Shown here: positions 62,536 to 64,000 of the stretch, in pieces
Layout of the letters: each line of letters begins with the position of its first letter
Position numbering within the stretch: the first letter of the stretch is position 1
Assembly (NCBI GenBank): GCA_013239625.1
Contig: MU054187.1
Coordinates: 1,869,757 to 1,933,756, forward strand
Direction of reading: 5' to 3'
Length of the DNA: 64,000 nucleotides
From: Lama guanicoe
Lineage: Eukaryota
The notes under the pieces: model-generated
What the model was told of the DNA's origin: nothing
Databases searched by the model: none
Seen by the model: the letters and a program-made list of their open reading frames with translations, nothing else
Made by a program: the position numbers and the translations under genes

Positions 62536-64000
62536 TCAGGGCGGCCACACCCCAGTAAGAGGAGTTGAAGGGTCTCTGGGATGGCAGCATTGTCCGTTCC
62601 GAACGTCGTCGCGGTGGATGTGACGTGTGTGTGATTTTTCTCTAATTTCAGGACTTGCGTGACAGCCCCGAGCCGGGCTAACCAAAGCAAAGCGAGTCCT
62701 GACCCTGTGCTTCCAGCGCGTCTCTGCGGCGCGGTGGAGGGCGGGACCGCTGCAAAGTCCCGGGCTTCGGTCCGAACGCGGGAGCGCCCGGCGTCCTCCT
62801 TCAGAATCTTCCCCAGCTGAAGGCTGGCGGCAACAGGGAGGACACACTCTTCATGGGCCCTCGCTCCTCGTCACGCCGTCCAGCTCTGCAGACTCCGTCC
62901 TGGCGCGGCCGGCAATGACACAGGAGCCGTCTTTCAGCTGCAGTTTCAGACAGCTGACACTCTTCGCTAGGCTCGTGAGACCAGGGCCGAAGCAGCGTTT
63001 CCGGGATGGGGAGATTACAGCCCCCTCTCGCTCATGGGTGCCTCCAGACCCCTGTTTCTTACTTAACTGAATTGCCAACCTTTGCTTTTCTCTCTTCTCA
63101 GCCTCCAGTCGATTGGCGCCTACTGAGAAAAGACACCGGAATGAGGGGAGCAAAGGAGATTTCACAAGACCAGCTCTGCAAGGAAAAGGACTGGCTCCCG
63201 GCTGAGCCGAGCCACGTCTAAGGGTCAGCGCTTCTCCCTCCCCGCGCCCCACCACCTTGGAAATCCCTCCTGCTCGGGGCTGCTCGAGTGCAAGCAGGTG
63301 AGCGCGGCCAAGGCACGCTTGCGGGGAGGAAACCTGGAGACACCGGCTTGTGCAGCACACTTCAGACTCTCTGACAGAAGCAACAGATGGACTCATCCGG
63401 AGGAAATGAAGACATTTCAAATGTTCTGCTGTCTTTCGGACCAAATCTACCGACACCAACGTGCGTTTTTCACTAAGAGGAGAGGTATCACCAGACACGC
63501 CGTGGTGTTAAGTGAGTTGATGATCTTTTCTTGCTCAAGATTGTGGTGAAGGAGACTGTCCCAGAGTGGTGCCAAGAGCTGGTGTCACCCCCCCCAGAGA
63601 CCGGTCATGTTACATCTCTTCAAGTGACGTTTCTTCCCGTAGAAAGTTCCTTTAGACATTTTCTCTCACATGCGTGCACAAAAACACGAACTGATAAAAC
63701 CCAGTATTTATCAGATGCTTCGCCTGCGTGTCAGTCCTGCCAGTGGAGCGTGGAAATCTGTTCTGCAGGTGTAAAGTCTGGACTGCAGCGAAGCTAAGTG
63801 ACTGACCCCAGCTGCGGTGACACCCGGATTCCGCACACTCATCCTCCCACTCAGTTACTGCAGACCCGTCCCAAACTGGAGGAGACGCTTTGACCACTTC
63901 AGGGCAAAACCCAGGAACTGAGTGAAGAGTCGGAAACCCACTCTAAATCGAAGTAAAGAAATGGAGGCGCTCCTGGCAAAAAACCCCCGCCCCCAAATTA
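62536..64000 (-). pseudogene. Large low-complexity exon remnant (Ser/Pro/Arg/Glu-rich linker)
   Basis: Minus ORFs 63652-63897, 62851-63498 and 62536-62847 share one reading frame, broken only by isolated stops. No transposon recognised in the interval. It lies upstream of the LamG/EGF exons, like the large linker exon of EYS. Confidence 0.4.

Larger units (their letters stand above)
1432..64000 (-). pseudogene. Decayed multi-exon EYS-like EGF/laminin-G repeat gene (probable unitary pseudogene; likely extends beyond both window ends)
   Basis: About 40 minus-strand segments, mostly with polypyrimidine-AG acceptors and GT donors. Manual translation gives EGF cysteine patterns and LamG motifs in a sensible 5'->3' order. 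Most segments carry stops or frameshifts. Family assignment is by recalled similarity to human EYS, not a database search. Confidence 0.75.

Noticed and set aside
1432..64000. The locus is EYS itself
   Set aside because: Mammalian EYS spans about 2 Mb with very large introns in AT-rich DNA. Here exons are packed in ~60 kb, peptide similarity is only motif-level, and there seem to be more LamG units. No gene symbol assigned, though only synteny can fully exclude it.

Overview
Mammalian non-coding-looking genomic DNA. It is most likely camelid, inferred from the tRNA-derived SINE and L1 3' ends. The window is GC/CpG-rich and contains L1 fragments, tRNA-derived SINEs, MIRs, MaLR LTRs, a MER58-like DNA transposon, microsatellites, a 37-bp minisatellite and a 204-bp tandem duplication. 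I see no intact protein-coding gene. The main signal, which the ORF track does not show as a gene, is a heavily decayed multi-exon gene on the minus strand spanning essentially the whole window. About 40 segments, most bounded by AG/GT splice sites, translate (allowing stops and frameshifts) into alternating EGF-like and laminin-G (LamG) motifs. They lie downstream of one or two large Ser/Pro-rich exon remnants. Several motifs line up by eye with the C-terminal half of EYS (eyes shut homolog) as I recall it. However, similarity is only at paralogue level, the locus is compact, and there appear to be more LamG modules than the five in EYS. Best interpretation: a unitary pseudogene of an unnamed EYS-like EGF/LamG extracellular-matrix gene. 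All alignments are manual and from memory, so exon boundaries and domain counts need computational confirmation.
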